A stretch of 64,000 nucleotides of DNA from an uncultured Candidatus Rokubacteria bacterium (lineage in GTDB: Bacteria > Methylomirabilota > Methylomirabilia > Rokubacteriales > DASRDR01), in NCBI GenBank assembly GCA_963805625.1, contig CAWDVE010000010.1, positions 192,001-256,000 of the forward strand, given 5' to 3'. Positions within the stretch are counted from its first letter, which is position 1, and every line of letters starts with the position of its first letter. Positions 38,285-48,794 of this stretch are shown piece after piece. Both the position numbers and the translations under genes were made by a program. The notes under the pieces are model-generated. The model was not told where the DNA came from, searched no databases, and saw only the letters and a list, made by a program, of their open reading frames with translations.

Positions 38285-39601
38285 ATGGCTCGCGGTGGGC
38301 GGGGTAGGTCTGTCGCCGGCCGTGTCCTGGCCGGCTTCACGCTGGGGTTCGCGCTGGTCACGGCGGCCGGGGCGGAGACGGTCTCCACGCTCGAGATCGA
38401 CGGCGTCATCAGCCCCGTCACGGTCCGCCTCGTCTCCACGGCGATCGAGCGGGCGCGGGCCGACGGTGCCACTGCCCTCGTGATCCTCCTCGACACTCCC
38501 GGCGGGCTCGAGCGATCGATGCGCTCGATCGTCCGGGACATGCTGAACTCCCCGGTCCCGGTGATCGTCTACGTGGCGCCTACCGGCGCCCGCGCAGCGT
38601 CGGCGGGCGCCTTCATCACGATCGCCGCCCACGTCGCCGCCATGGCGCCGGCCACCAACATCGGCGCCGCGCATCCCGTCGCCGCCGGCGGCGGGAGTAT
38701 GGACAAAGAGTCGATGCGGAAGGTGGAGAACGACGCGGCCGCCTTCATCCGGACCGTGGCGCGTGAGCGCGGGCGGAACCCGGACTGGGCGGAGAAGGCG
38801 GTGCGCTCCAGCGTGTCGGCCACCGAGCAGGAGGCCCTCAAGCTCGGGATCATCGACCTGGTCGCCGCGAACCTCCCCGACCTCCTGGCGAAGGTCGACG
38901 GCCGACAGGTGAAGACGTCCCGGGGGGCGGTCACCCTCCATACGCGCGGGGCGACCGTCCAGGCCCTCGCCGTCGGGTGGCGAGACCGGTTCCTCGCGCT
39001 CATCAGCGACCCGAACATCGCCTACATCCTGCTCATGCTCGGGATGCTGGGCCTCTTCTTCGAGCTCGCCAACCCGGGCGTCATCCTTCCGGGCGTGATC
39101 GGCGGCATCTCGCTCATCCTCGCGTTCTTCGCCTTCCAGAGCTTGCCGATCAACTGGGCTGGACTCCTCCTCATCCTCTTCGGGATCGTGCTCCTGATCG
39201 CCGAGATCAAGGTCGTGAGCCACGGCGTCCTCACGATCGGCGGGATCATCGCGATCCTGCTCGGCTCGATGATGCTGGTGAACACCCCGGAGCTCCCGCT
39301 CCGCGTCGCGTGGACGGTGATCATCCCGGTGGTGGCGCTGACGGCGGGCATCTTCGTCTTCGCCGTCTCGGCCGGGGTGCGGGCCCAGATGCAGCGCCCC
39401 ACGACCGGCGCGGCGGGGCTGCTCCACGAGACCGGCGTGGCGAAGACGCCGCTCGACCCGGAGGGTCAGGTGCTCGTCCACGGGGAGCTGTGGACGGCGG
39501 TGGCGGACGCCCCGGGCATTCCCGCGGGCGAGCACGTCCGCGTCGTCGGCGTCGATGGGCTCAGGCTTCGGGTGGAGCGCGCGTCCGGCCAGCCGGCCTG
39601 A
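38285..39601 (+). CDS. nfeD: NfeD-family membrane-bound serine protease
   Basis: [20 protein letters not shown], a TM block and a C-terminal OB fold (GELWTA). Confidence 0.92.
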   Translation: MARGGRGRSVAGRVLAGFTLGFALVTAAGAETVSTLEIDGVISPVTVRLVSTAIERARADGATALVILLDTPGGLERSMRSIVRDMLNSPVPVIVYVAPTGARAASAGAFITIAAHVAAMAPATNIGAAHPVAAGGGSMDKESMRKVENDAAAFIRTVARERGRNPDWAEKAVRSSVSATEQEALKLGIIDLVAANLPDLLAKVDGRQVKTSRGAVTLHTRGATVQALAVGWRDRFLALISDPNIAYILLMLGMLGLFFELANPGVILPGVIGGISLILAFFAFQSLPINWAGLLLILFGIVLLIAEIKVVSHGVLTIGGIIAILLGSMMLVNTPELPLRVAWTVIIPVVALTAGIFVFAVSAGVRAQMQRPTTGAAGLLHETGVAKTPLDPEGQVLVHGELWTAVADAPGIPAGEHVRVVGVDGLRLRVERASGQPA

Positions 39602-39618
39602 CGCTGCCAGGAGGACGC

Positions 39619-40398
39619 ATGGAAACCGCCTTCTACGTCGTGCCGGTCCTGATCCTCGCGTTGTTCATCCTGTCGTCATCGGTCAAGATCCTGCGTGAGT
39701 ACGAGCGGGCCGTCATCTTCCGACTGGGGCGCCTCGTCCCCAACAAGGGCCAGCGGCCCGGCGTCATCCTGCTGATTCCCTTCGTCGACAAGATGGTGAA
39801 GGTGAGCCTCCGCACGGTCACCCACGACGTGGCCCCTCAGGATGTCATCACGCGGGACAACGTATCGATCAAGGTCAACGCCGTGATCTTCTTCCGCGTC
39901 ATCGACCCGCGTCAGGCGGTCGTCCAGGTGGAAGACTATCTCTACGCGACGTCGCAGATCGCACAGACGACGCTCCGGAGCGTCCTCGGCCAGGTGGAGC
40001 TGGACGACCTCCTCGCCTCGCGGGAGCAGGTCAACCAGCAGCTCCAGCGGATCATCGATCAGCACACCGATCCCTGGGGGGTGAAGGTGACCGCCGTCGA
40101 GGTCAAGCACGTCGATCTTCCGCAGGACATGCAGCGGGCTATGTCGAAGCAGGCCGAGGCCGAGCGCGAGCGGCGGGCCAAGGTCATCAACTCCGAGGGT
40201 GAGTTCCAGGCGGCCGAGAAGCTCGCGCAGGCGGCGATGGTCCTGGCCCAGACGCCGATCGCGGTCCAGCTCCGCTTCCTCCAGACGATGCGCGAGGTTG
40301 CCTCCGAGCGCAGTACCACGACGTTCTTCCCGATTCCCATCGACCTCTTCGCGCCGTTCCTCAAGGCACTAGAAGGAACGGGCGCGTCGAAGCCCTGA
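39619..40398 (+). CDS. SPFH/stomatin (slipin) family protein
   Basis: [25 protein letters not shown] and [20 protein letters not shown]. Confidence 0.93.
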   Translation: METAFYVVPVLILALFILSSSVKILREYERAVIFRLGRLVPNKGQRPGVILLIPFVDKMVKVSLRTVTHDVAPQDVITRDNVSIKVNAVIFFRVIDPRQAVVQVEDYLYATSQIAQTTLRSVLGQVELDDLLASREQVNQQLQRIIDQHTDPWGVKVTAVEVKHVDLPQDMQRAMSKQAEAERERRAKVINSEGEFQAAEKLAQAAMVLAQTPIAVQLRFLQTMREVASERSTTTFFPIPIDLFAPFLKALEGTGASKP

Positions 40399-40412
40399 TC
40401 GCTTCGCCGGGA

Positions 40413-41689
40413 GTGTCGGGCCCGGAGGAGGAGCCCTCTCGCGGGGCCCGCGCGGGGTCACGCGCCGACGTCGCCCTCGCCGCGGCCGCGATCGGCCTCG
40501 GGGCGCTCCTCCTCTTCGGGATCCAGCCGATCATCGCCAAGCGGCTGCTTCCGTGGTTCGGCGGGTCTGCGGCGGTGTGGATCACCTGCCTGGTCTTCTT
40601 CCAGACGGCGCTCCTCGCCGGTTACCTCTACGCCCACGCGCTTCACCGGTGGCTCTCGGCCCGGGAGCAGTCCGTTGCCCACCTCGGCGTGCTCCTCCTG
40701 AGCCTGCCCGCGCTGAAGGCGCTTCTCGATTCCAGCCCGCCCGCGCGCCTGGACGGCGACCCGACGATCGGGGTCCTGAACCTTCTCGCCATGACCATCG
40801 GGCTGCCCTATGTCCTGCTCGCCAGCACGGGTCCGCTGCTTCAAGCCTGGCTGGTGCGGCAGCCCGGCACCGCGCCGCCCTACCGGCTCTTCGCCCTGTC
40901 GAACCTCGCCTCTCTGGTGGCGCTGCTCGGCTACCCTGTGCTCATCGAGCCGTCGATTGCCTGGCGGCGGCAGGCGATCGGCTGGGCGCTGGCCTATCTC
41001 GGATTCGCGCTGCTTTCGGCCGCCGCCGCGCTGCGCGCGGCCAGAGGGACACCGTCGAAGCCGTCCGCGCCGCCCACGCGGGACGATGCGGGGGAGACCT
41101 CCACCGCACTGAGCCGGGGCGAGCGGAGCCTTTGGATTGGGCTGGCCGCTTGTGGGACCCTGCTCCTGCTGGCGGTGACGGCGGAAATCACCCAGCAGAT
41201 CGTGCCGGCGCCGCTCCTGTGGATCGTTCCGCTCGGAGCGTACCTGCTGACCTTCGTCGTCTGCTTCGAGTGGCCGCGGCTCTACTGGAGGCCGCTCTGG
41301 ATCGGCCTGCTCCCGATCGCGCTCGTGGGCATCGCGTACCTGACGAGACAGGGGATCAACCAGCTCGCCGCGACGTGGCGAGTCGCCTTCTTCGTGGCCG
41401 GGCTCTTCGCCTGCTGCATGGTGTGCCATGGCGAGATCGCGCGACGCCGTCCGAGCGCGTGCCATCTCACGACGTACGATCTCCTGATCGCGCTCGGCGG
41501 CGCGCTGGGAGGTCTGTTCGCGGGGGTGGCGGCGCCGCTCCTGTTCTCATCCCGCCGGCGGAGGGCCAGGCTCAATACCCGGCGCTCTGGCAGTTCGGCG
41601 CTCTGCTCGAGCCCACGCCGGGATTCCGCCCGTGGACCGACGACCTCTGGAGCTTCTACCCCGTGCTTCTTCGCAAGGGTCACCGCTGA
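40413..41689 (+). pseudogene. fused membrane/spermidine-synthase-like protein lacking its methyltransferase domain
   Basis: LLPWFGGSAAVW, PYRLFALSN and CHGE N-terminal half. The typical ...WTDD..S..VL C-terminus follows almost directly in another frame. Confidence 0.7.
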
Positions 41690-41861
41690 CGCCTCAGGTG
41701 GACTGACCGAGGCGCACCATCCTCCGGGCGGTTGCGTCCGCTCCCATTCGTCCAATTGTGCTGCATTGTCACGTCACGGATCTCTTGTGGTGAAGAACCT
41801 GGCTTCTTTCACTTCAGGAAGGATGATCGCGCGTTCGTCGGGGTCATTTTCTGGTTGGCGC

Positions 41862-42150
41862 GTGATCTTGCCCGAGTTCGAGGCGCGCCGGGCCGTCCAC
41901 GTCACCACCGCGGATGTGACGGACTACATCACGAAACGCCAAGCGGCGAAGGCGGCAAACGCCACGATCAACCGGGAACTCGCCGCGCTCAAGAAGACGT
42001 ATGCCCTGGGGATGGCCGCGGAGCGCATCCACCGGGCGCCACGGTTCGGGATGCTCCAGGAGGACGACGCAGGCCGTCGCCCACGCCTTCTACTGGCGGT
42101 GCGCGATCGTCGACGAGGCAATGCTCCGAGAGGGCGCCGATAAGCTGGCC
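41862..42150 (+). pseudogene. tyrosine integrase remnant (core-binding part plus C-terminal tip, catalytic domain deleted)
   Basis: VTTADVTDYITKRQAAKAANATINRELAALKK...LQED, then AIVDEAMLREGADKLA in another frame. Confidence 0.7.
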
Positions 42151-42181
42151 CGCGCCGGATCGTGATGGATCTTGGGCACAG

Positions 42182-42210
42182 TGGACGAAATCCAGTGCGC
42201 CGTGTATCGT
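42182..42210 (+). promoter_or_regulatory. tRNA promoter
   Basis: TGGACG, 17 nt, TATCGT, then 11 nt to the tRNA. Confidence 0.5.
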
Positions 42211-42221
42211 AACTCCGCGCG

Positions 42222-42298
42222 GGGGGGTTAGCTCAGCCCGGGAGAGCGCTGGAATCGCACTCCAGAGGCCGAGGGTTCGAATCCCTTACCCTCCACCA
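42222..42298 (+). tRNA. tRNA-Ala (anticodon CGC)
   Basis: Acceptor GGGGGGT/ACCCTCC with G3:U70, D-arm GCTC/GAGC, anticodon stem CTGGA/TCCAG with loop ATCGCAC, TTCGAAT T-loop and encoded CCA. Confidence 0.95.
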
Positions 42299-42304
42299 CT
42301 TGTG

Positions 42305-42330
42305 ACGCCGCGTCAGAAGCGGCGTTTTCT
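42305..42330 (+). terminator. putative intrinsic terminator after the tRNA
   Basis: ACGCCGC-gtcagaa-GCGGCGT followed by TTTCT. Confidence 0.55.
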
Positions 42331-42426
42331 GATCATGACGGGCGGTTCCGGGCCACGGCCTGGGCCGCCCGTCGTCGTGTGTGGAGTGCCCGCCGATGCC
42401 CTCTAATGCCTGCCGCTGCCGGGAAT

Positions 42427-42450
42427 GTAGCAAAGACAGTAGCAAAGACA
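42427..42450. repeat. perfect 12-bp tandem direct repeat (possible integrase arm site)
   Basis: GTAGCAAAGACA x2, about 130 bp 3' of the tRNA. Confidence 0.65.
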
Positions 42451-42471
42451 GGGCGGGGCCGCGGGCGCGGG

Positions 42472-42810
42472 CTACGGCGCGGCGAGCTCCCGCCTGAGCC
42501 GACTCACGAAGGCGAGGCGATCGCGACGGCGTCGGGACCGCCGGGCCCGCTTCGCCCGATACCGGCCGGAGGCCCAGCAGACCCGGGAGCAGTAGGCCGC
42601 GACGGTCGACCCGCCCACGAACCACGGTCCGCACTGAGCCGTCGAGCGCGGAGCCGGCGCCGTACAGACCCGCACCCGATGCCTCTCGACACCGAGCAGT
42701 CGTAGGAACTCGAGCGTCGCGGCGAGCACGGGATCATCGTCGTGGAGCGGGCTCACGTCGAAGTACGGGCGGCCCGTGGACGGTGACACCGCGGCGACGA
42801 TCCGCACCAC
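42472..42810 (-). CDS. Zn-finger (CGNR-like) protein or fragment
   Basis: RVRVC...CG.WF...YCSRVC followed by an Arg-rich tail. Confidence 0.5.
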   Translation of the reverse strand: MVRIVAAVSPSTGRPYFDVSPLHDDDPVLAATLEFLRLLGVERHRVRVCTAPAPRSTAQCGPWFVGGSTVAAYCSRVCWASGRYRAKRARRSRRRRDRLAFVSRLRRELAAP

Positions 42811-42922
42811 GCGCTCGAGCGTGACCGTCCGAGCCGGCGGCCGGACCCCCGGACCGTCTACCCGGCGACCCCGTGGAAGGCAATGTTATGCCGAAGCGGA
42901 CGTACGCGGGGGCGTGTGACTG

Positions 42923-43219
42923 CTACGTCGAGGGCGTGGGTCGGTCAGACTCGACGACGAGGGGCCCATTGACGGTCCGATCCGCCGTGGAGACCCATGC
43001 CTCGCGGTTCTTCACCCGAAGGCTCCGGACGCGGAAGGCGAGATTCTGACGCTCCACTTCGCTCATGTGAGGGAGGCGAAACTCAAAGACGGCCTTCCAC
43101 ACGAAGAAGCCGCCGCATGGACATCCCTCGATGGTCAGCCAGTCTGGGAGTGGACTCCAATCAGCAATGGTGGCGACGTGGCTGCAGAGGGGACAGGATT
43201 CGGTGGCGCCGGTTACCAT
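42923..43219 (-). CDS. small Zn-ribbon hypothetical protein, paralog of 49732
   Basis: CPLC...W...WLTIEGCPCG. Confidence 0.6.
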   Translation of the reverse strand: MVTGATESCPLCSHVATIADWSPLPDWLTIEGCPCGGFFVWKAVFEFRLPHMSEVERQNLAFRVRSLRVKNREAWVSTADRTVNGPLVVESDRPTPST

Positions 43220-43249
43220 GTGTCGTCAACAAGCCGAGCGCCCGCGCGG

Positions 43250-43483
43250 TCAGTCGAACGTGAGCTGCGTCACGATCCATCGGGCGGTCAGGTCTTCCTG
43301 GTGCCCGCCGGCCGTGACCAGGACGCCGTCCCTGACACCGGAGAGGGCGACCGTCGGGGCCATCCACAGGCGGCGCCCGTCGATCCTTAGCCGGCGCCTG
43401 ACCGGGTCCCAGGCGCCGATGGAGCCGGTGATGAGGAACCGCAGGGGGTGCGAGGAGACCACGGAGGTGAATGATTGGGGCAT
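43250..43483 (-). CDS. small beta-barrel-like hypothetical protein
   Basis: ITGSIGAWDP..R.L.I.G...V.A.GH pattern. GAGG upstream. Confidence 0.5.
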   Translation of the reverse strand: MPQSFTSVVSSHPLRFLITGSIGAWDPVRRRLRIDGRRLWMAPTVALSGVRDGVLVTAGGHQEDLTARWIVTQLTFD

Positions 43484-43699
43484 GAGGGGACACCTCGCCG
43501 TCGGCCAGATGCTGGCGTGGCTCGTACGGCACTGGAGCGGATGCCACGGCGGCACCTTGCCCGCCGCGGGCCGCCCCGAAAGCGTGTCCCGAGGCCCGAA
43601 GTCTATCGCCGTTCCAACGTTCCGTCGAGGCCCGTCTGGCGCCGGGGGCCGGGGCTTGGTAGAGTCACTGACCCATGGGGCCTTGGGCTGCGCGAGCGC

Positions 43700-43997
43700 T
43701 TTGGCGTGTCGCGATCCCCGCGTGCCGTGGTACGTCAAGGTCCCTGGCGGCGGGTCTCGTCGCCTACGCGTTCAGCCCGATCGACCTGATTCCCGATTTC
43801 ATCCCGGTCTGGGATATCTGGACGACTTGGTGGTGATCCCCCTGGGCGACCTCCTGATGCGGAGGTGCATTCCGGCGGAGGTGTGGGTGGACTGCCAGGC
43901 CCGCGCCGAGCTCCTGACCACCCAGCCCGTCAGCCGGGTCGGAGCCGCGATCGTCGTGGGCCTGTGGCTTCTACTGGCCGCCTGTCCGTCTGGCTGA
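43700..43997 (+). pseudogene. YkvA/DUF1232 family, frameshifted and 5'-truncated
   Basis: RDPRVPWYVK, then AYAFSPIDLIPDFI in another frame, then LGYLDDLVVIPLG. Confidence 0.8.
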
Positions 43998-44081
43998 TCA
44001 GTTGGTCCGTGGCTGGTAGTTTGGTGCTGGCGGTGGACCCTTGGTAGTGTCGCGCGGTGCCACGATCGTGGGGGATCTCAG

Positions 44082-44510
44082 GTGCGCTTGATTATCACTG
44101 ACCCGGCGGGCGACGTCTGGGGCCGGCTCGAGCCGGAAACGTCGGAAGAGATTGTGGCCCTCGATCAGAGCGCGGCCCGGGGGGAGTGGACGATCGGACG
44201 TGGGACGATCGCCATCACCGAGCTCCGCGCGCTGGCCACCCGCTTGGGGTATCCGGTCCGGGTGACCGAGACACTCGAACCCCCGCGGCCCCCGCCGCCG
44301 CGGCTCGTGATCGTCCAGCGGGGTGAGACGGCGCTCGCCGAGCAGTTGCGGGGGATCGTGGTGCCTGGCGTGCCGGTGATCTGGGATCGGCGGGAGCGCA
44401 ACCGCCGGACCGTCTACCGCCCGGCCTCGGTGGATCGCCGCGGCCCGCAGTCCGCGACGTGGGGCACGCTGCGCTTCCTCGTCCTACGCGCCCCGGACCC
44501 GACCCCGTGA
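44082..44510 (+). CDS. hypothetical protein with DRR..RR motifs
   Basis: LVIVQRG...VIWDRRERNRR...DRR. Confidence 0.5.
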   Translation: MRLIITDPAGDVWGRLEPETSEEIVALDQSAARGEWTIGRGTIAITELRALATRLGYPVRVTETLEPPRPPPPRLVIVQRGETALAEQLRGIVVPGVPVIWDRRERNRRTVYRPASVDRRGPQSATWGTLRFLVLRAPDPTP

Positions 44511-44637
44511 CCCCGCCCATTTGGCTCGACGCCACCGGCCGACCCTGGCCGACGCGGGCCTGCTGGACGATCGGCGTCGAATGAAAGTGAAGCCTGGTGG
44601 GCCCCGGCCGATGATCGGCTCTGGCTTCCGCGACGCG

Positions 44638-44745
44638 TTAGAACCTCGTAACGTTCGCGCGACGTCGCCTGCCCCAGGCGAGAGCGATACTCAGTCCAAG
44701 ACCGGCAAGGAGCAGTGTCGATGGTTCAGGCACCATGAAGGTGTA
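44638..44745 (-). pseudogene. isolated PEP-CTERM sorting signal (gene remnant)
   Basis: VPEPSTLLLAGLGLSIALAWGRRRR with no plausible N-terminal domain or signal peptide. Confidence 0.65.
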
Positions 44746-44928
44746 TCGAAGCTCAAAATGGTTCACCGAAAATGGGCACGGATCCGGGCTGCAGTGTATG
44801 GGGCCGTAGGCGTGAGGGCGCCGCTGGAGTAGAGCGGGAACATCCCGGCACAGCCCAACGAGTCCCGCGAATTGCATAGAACAGGCTCACCCGTCGCCCA
44901 GACGAGAGCGAGCACCGAGGAGTCACGT

Positions 44929-45348
44929 ATGTTCAAACACATCCTGGTCCCGATCGATCTCAGCGATCGGAATGAGCGCACGTTGCGCATCGCGGTCGGA
45001 CTCGCGCGGATCACAGAGAGCCGGGTGACGCTGTTACACGTCATTCAGGATGTCGCCGGGCTATCGACGCGGGAACTGCGCAACTTCTACAAGACACTAG
45101 CGCAGCGCTCGCAGCGCACGCTCGCACGGGCGGCCAAGCGATTCGTCGACGCCGAGGTGGCCGTCCGAGCTATCGTTGTCATCGGGAATCCCGCCCGCGA
45201 GATCATCAGGGCGGCGACGGCCCGGAAGGTGGCCCTGATTGTGATGGGCTCCCACCGCGTGATGCCGGGACGTCCTGGCCGAGGCTTCGGTACTATCAGC
45301 TACAAGGTCGGGATGGCCTGTCCGTGTCCCATCCTCCTGGTGAAATGA
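44929..45348 (+). CDS. universal stress protein
   Basis: MFKHILVPIDLS, G.P...I, LIVMGSH and CPILLVK. GAGGAG RBS. Confidence 0.92.
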   Translation: MFKHILVPIDLSDRNERTLRIAVGLARITESRVTLLHVIQDVAGLSTRELRNFYKTLAQRSQRTLARAAKRFVDAEVAVRAIVVIGNPAREIIRAATARKVALIVMGSHRVMPGRPGRGFGTISYKVGMACPCPILLVK

Positions 45349-45398
45349 ACCGAGGTCGAAAGACTCAGGTGTCTGCACGCCGTGAATCGAGGGAAACC

Positions 45399-45458
45399 AT
45401 GATCGCCGCCGTCTACGCTCGCAGGTCGACCGCGCGGATGGCGGTGCCGGAGCTGTGA
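45399..45458 (+). pseudogene. N-terminal stub of a serine recombinase
   Basis: GAGGG RBS plus MIAAVYARRST (catalytic Y-x-R-x-S), ending after 19 codons. Confidence 0.6.
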
Positions 45459-45658
45459 GGCTAGGTTGGCTCGTCGACGGTGATCAATCCCGGCCCAGAG
45501 TACATGACCTCGCGAGCCAGGTCCTCCGGGGTCATGACGCGCTCGATACGGGGCGGCTCGTAGAGTGGGGCCATCGAGGGCGTCTCGGCCATGCGGCGGT
45601 CCTCCGAGCGTGGGGTGGTCACCGCCGTGACGGTAGGCTGGTGGGGTGGCGGGTGTCA

Positions 45659-45775
45659 AGCCTCTGCCAGTGTGGTTCGATGAGAGAAGTGCAGCGGGTC
45701 TGCCACGACCAGGACGGCCTCGGCCCGTTTCCTGGTCATTTCCGCGAAAGCGCCGTCCAACTGCTCGACGTGCCC
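45659..45775 (-). pseudogene. internal fragment of an ABC substrate-binding protein
   Basis: The minus strand reads VEQLDGAFAEMTRKRAEAVLVVADPLHFSHRTTLAE. Confidence 0.5.
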
Positions 45776-45962
45776 CAGCTCGGGCGCGAGACGGATCGGC
45801 GCAGGCACCGCCACCCGTCCGACCGGCAGGCGCCAGCCTGGCCTGGCCCGCGTGAGCCACGGTCACCGGGGCCGGTCCCGCTGGTCGGCCAAAGGCTAGG
45901 ATTCGGGCTGACGGGCCGTGCCCGAAGGCGCGAGGTACACGAATCCAACCAGGAGATGCGAG

Positions 45963-46820
45963 ATGGCGAACGGACTGAAGCTCGCCCTGTTCGGATTGCA
46001 TCGAGGCGGCAGTGCCGAGCCGGACACGCTGGTCCGGCGGGCGCGGCTGGCGGAAGAGGTCGGCTTCGAGTCGTTCTGGATTGGCGACCACATCGCCCTG
46101 CCGTCCGCGGAGACCCAAGGGGGCGACCCTCCGGCGCAGCCGCGCCTCGAGGCGGTGGTTGCCCTCGCCTACATGGCGGCGTTAACAAGTCGCGTGCGGC
46201 TCGCGATCGGCGTCATCGTGCTGCCCCAGCGCCAGCCGGTGCTGCTGGCGAAACAGCTCTCGACGATCGACGTCCTCTCGAAGGGGCGGCTGATCGTCGG
46301 CATCGGGGTCGGCTATGTCGAACCGGAACTTCGGGCGCTCGGCGCGTCGCTCGCCGATCGGGGCGCCCGAACCGACGAGTACCTGGCCGCGATGCGAGCG
46401 CTCTGGGATGAGCCAACCCCGTCGTTCTCGGGGCGCTTCGTCTCCTTTGCCGATGTCATCGAGCGGCCGCGGCCGGTCCAGCGGCCGCATCCGCCGATCG
46501 TGATCGGCGGGCATTCGCCGGCGGCGTACCGCCGCGCGACCCAGGCCGGGAACGGCTGGCACGGGTGGGACCTGGACCTCGAGCAGACCGCCCAGGCGCT
46601 GGCGACTCTACGCGAGACCGGGGGCCGCTCCGAGCGCCCGGCGGCGCTCGGCAAGCTCGAGATCACGATCACGCCACGCGGCACCCCTGACGTCGACACG
46701 GCTCGCCGGTACGCCGACCTTGGCGTGCATCGGCTGGCCATCCAGCCGCACACGATGGAGGGGTCCGCGATGGATGAGCTGATCACGCGGGTTGGCGGGA
46801 CGCTCGTCGGGCGGATCTGA
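45963..46820 (+). CDS. LLM-class (probable F420-dependent) oxidoreductase
   Basis: AEEVGFESFWIGDH, LAKQLSTIDVLSKGR, GVGY..E and PVQRPHPPIVIGG. Confidence 0.9.
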   Translation: MANGLKLALFGLHRGGSAEPDTLVRRARLAEEVGFESFWIGDHIALPSAETQGGDPPAQPRLEAVVALAYMAALTSRVRLAIGVIVLPQRQPVLLAKQLSTIDVLSKGRLIVGIGVGYVEPELRALGASLADRGARTDEYLAAMRALWDEPTPSFSGRFVSFADVIERPRPVQRPHPPIVIGGHSPAAYRRATQAGNGWHGWDLDLEQTAQALATLRETGGRSERPAALGKLEITITPRGTPDVDTARRYADLGVHRLAIQPHTMEGSAMDELITRVGGTLVGRI

Positions 46821-47060
46821 TGGGCAGCCCGGGCGACACACTCCTCGCCCCCCGGTATCCGACTGATGCGGGTCCGGATTAGGACTAGGATGAGCGAGCC
46901 GACCTCCTGCCGAGATGTGCGATGCTCCGCGCTCCCGGGGGGCGTGCGGTGGATCAACGTCGAAAAGCGGGCGGGCGTGCTGACAAGCGAACAACAGTTG
47001 CCGGAGGCGATCGCCGCCCTCTGAGGGTGGCGACGCTTCGCCCGGTCGTATCGTTCCAGC

Positions 47061-47945
47061 GTGATCGTCCATCTCGTCGACGGGACTTTCGAGCTGTTCC
47101 GCCACTTCCTCTCGCCGGCGGCCGCTTTCGGCCGGAGCACCCCGGAGGAACTGAGGGGGGTCCGCGGCGTGGTCGCGTCCATCCTGGGGATGCTCGAGGA
47201 GGGAGCGACGCATGTGGGCGTGGCCACCGACCACGTCATCGAGTCGTTTCGCAACGCGCTCTGGCCTGGCTACAAGACGGGCGAGGGTATCGACCCGGTG
47301 CTCTACGCACAGTTCGAGCCGCTGGAGGAGGCCTTGCGCGCCCTTGGCGTGATCGTCTGGCCCATGGTCGAGTTCGAGGCCGACGATGCGCTGGCCGCGG
47401 GGGCCGCCATGGCCGCGGCCGATCCGCGCGTCGAGCAAGTGCTGGTGTGCACGCCGGACAAGGACCTGGCGCAATGCGTGCGAGGCGACCGGGTCGTCCA
47501 GCTGGACCGACGCACGGGCGAGCGACGCGACGAGGCGGGGGTGCGCCGGAAGTTCGGCGTTCCGCCCGCGTCGATTCCCGACTGGCTCGCGCTTGTGGGT
47601 GACAGCGCTGACGGCTACCCGGGTCTGCCCGGCTGGGGGAAGACGTCCGCGGCGACGGTCCTCGCTCGCTATCGGCACATCGAACACATTCCGAGGCTGG
47701 CGACCGAGTGGGACATATCCGTGCGTGGCGCTGCGCGCCTGGCCACGACCCTTTCGGAACAGCGCGATCGCGCGCTGCTGTTCCGGGAGCTGGCCACGCT
47801 GGGCACCGATGCGCCCATCGGCACCGAGGTGGACGCGCTGCGTTGGACCGGGCCGCGCTCCGAGTTCGAGAGGTGGTCCGTGCGCCTCGGCTCGGCCGAG
47901 CTTCACGAGCGCGCCTCCGTGCTGGCGGCCGCGCGCGTCGGCTAG
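47061..47945 (+). CDS. stand-alone 5'-3' exonuclease / flap endonuclease
   Basis: LVDG, FRN.L.P.YK, EADD, DKDL.Q and ALVGDSADG.PG.PG.G. Confidence 0.92.
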   Translation: MIVHLVDGTFELFRHFLSPAAAFGRSTPEELRGVRGVVASILGMLEEGATHVGVATDHVIESFRNALWPGYKTGEGIDPVLYAQFEPLEEALRALGVIVWPMVEFEADDALAAGAAMAAADPRVEQVLVCTPDKDLAQCVRGDRVVQLDRRTGERRDEAGVRRKFGVPPASIPDWLALVGDSADGYPGLPGWGKTSAATVLARYRHIEHIPRLATEWDISVRGAARLATTLSEQRDRALLFRELATLGTDAPIGTEVDALRWTGPRSEFERWSVRLGSAELHERASVLAAARVG

Positions 47946-48011
47946 CACGGTCACGTCACAAGCACCTGGTGCACGAACGTGGCCACGCGTATCCGCGCGT
48001 CCGGGCGGAAC

Positions 48012-48033
48012 ACACGTATGAGACACGTATGAG
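48012..48033. repeat. perfect 11-bp tandem direct repeat
   Basis: ACACGTATGAG x2. Confidence 0.6.
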
Positions 48034-48148
48034 ATCGGTGTCAGGAGCGAGGCGTCGTGACCCCAGTGGGGCAGCGCCGGGGCAGCTGCCGGCCCCGGAA
48101 CTCACCGCGTCAGGCGTTTCCACGAGCGGAGGGCCGCCGAGGCCCGCC

Positions 48149-48163
48149 TGGCGTGGGTGTTGC
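48149..48163 (+). promoter_or_regulatory. sigma54 promoter
   Basis: TGGCGT-GGGTG-TTGC upstream of 48227. Confidence 0.55.
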
Positions 48164-48226
48164 ACCAATGCGCTAGAGGCCGGGACGCCGCTCCGCCGGT
48201 CATCTCGAGTCTCAGGGAGGTGGACT

Positions 48227-48748
48227 ATGGGTAGAGGCTGGCTGTATCGAAGTGTTATCGCGGTGGTCCTGACGGTCGGCATTCGCGGCGTGGCCGTCGC
48301 CCAGGAGAAGTCGCAGCTCTCGGATCAGCTGATCGAGCAGCTCGCGACGGGACTCACACGGATCGCGGAAGCCGGGAGTGCCCGGATGGCTGCCTACTTC
48401 ACCGCGGAGCCCACCCCTCAGGTCCGGGCGTATCTCGAGGGCCAGGGCGTCGAGGTCATCGTCACCGCCGCCGCCGCCGCGATGGCCCCGGCGGGGCCGC
48501 CGCCGGGGCCGATGGGCGCCAGCCCGATGCCGTCGGCGCCAGGCTTCACCACGATGCCGGCACCCGGCTCCGCTCCCGGCCCTTACGGGATGATGGGCAT
48601 GCGGGTGCCGGAATCGAAGAAGATGATCCAGGACTTCCTCACGGGCGTGCGCGAGCTGGCATCGAGCTTGCCGGCGGACAGCCCGCTCGCGATCGACGTG
48701 TTCACGGTGGACTTGCCCGGGGGGAGCATTACATTCCGGCTGCGATAG
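48227..48748 (+). CDS. secreted hypothetical protein with a Pro/Met-rich linker
   Basis: GGAGG RBS, signal peptide and PYGMMGM. Confidence 0.65.
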   Translation: MGRGWLYRSVIAVVLTVGIRGVAVAQEKSQLSDQLIEQLATGLTRIAEAGSARMAAYFTAEPTPQVRAYLEGQGVEVIVTAAAAAMAPAGPPPGPMGASPMPSAPGFTTMPAPGSAPGPYGMMGMRVPESKKMIQDFLTGVRELASSLPADSPLAIDVFTVDLPGGSITFRLR

Positions 48749-48794
48749 TGAGACCTGGCCGACTGGGAGCGTCGCGCAGAGAGGGAGATCGGAC

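Noticed and set aside
40413-42143. 576-aa membrane protein-integrase fusion
   Set aside because: It is chance read-through across two unrelated remnants, and the true C-terminal motif of the first gene lies in another frame.
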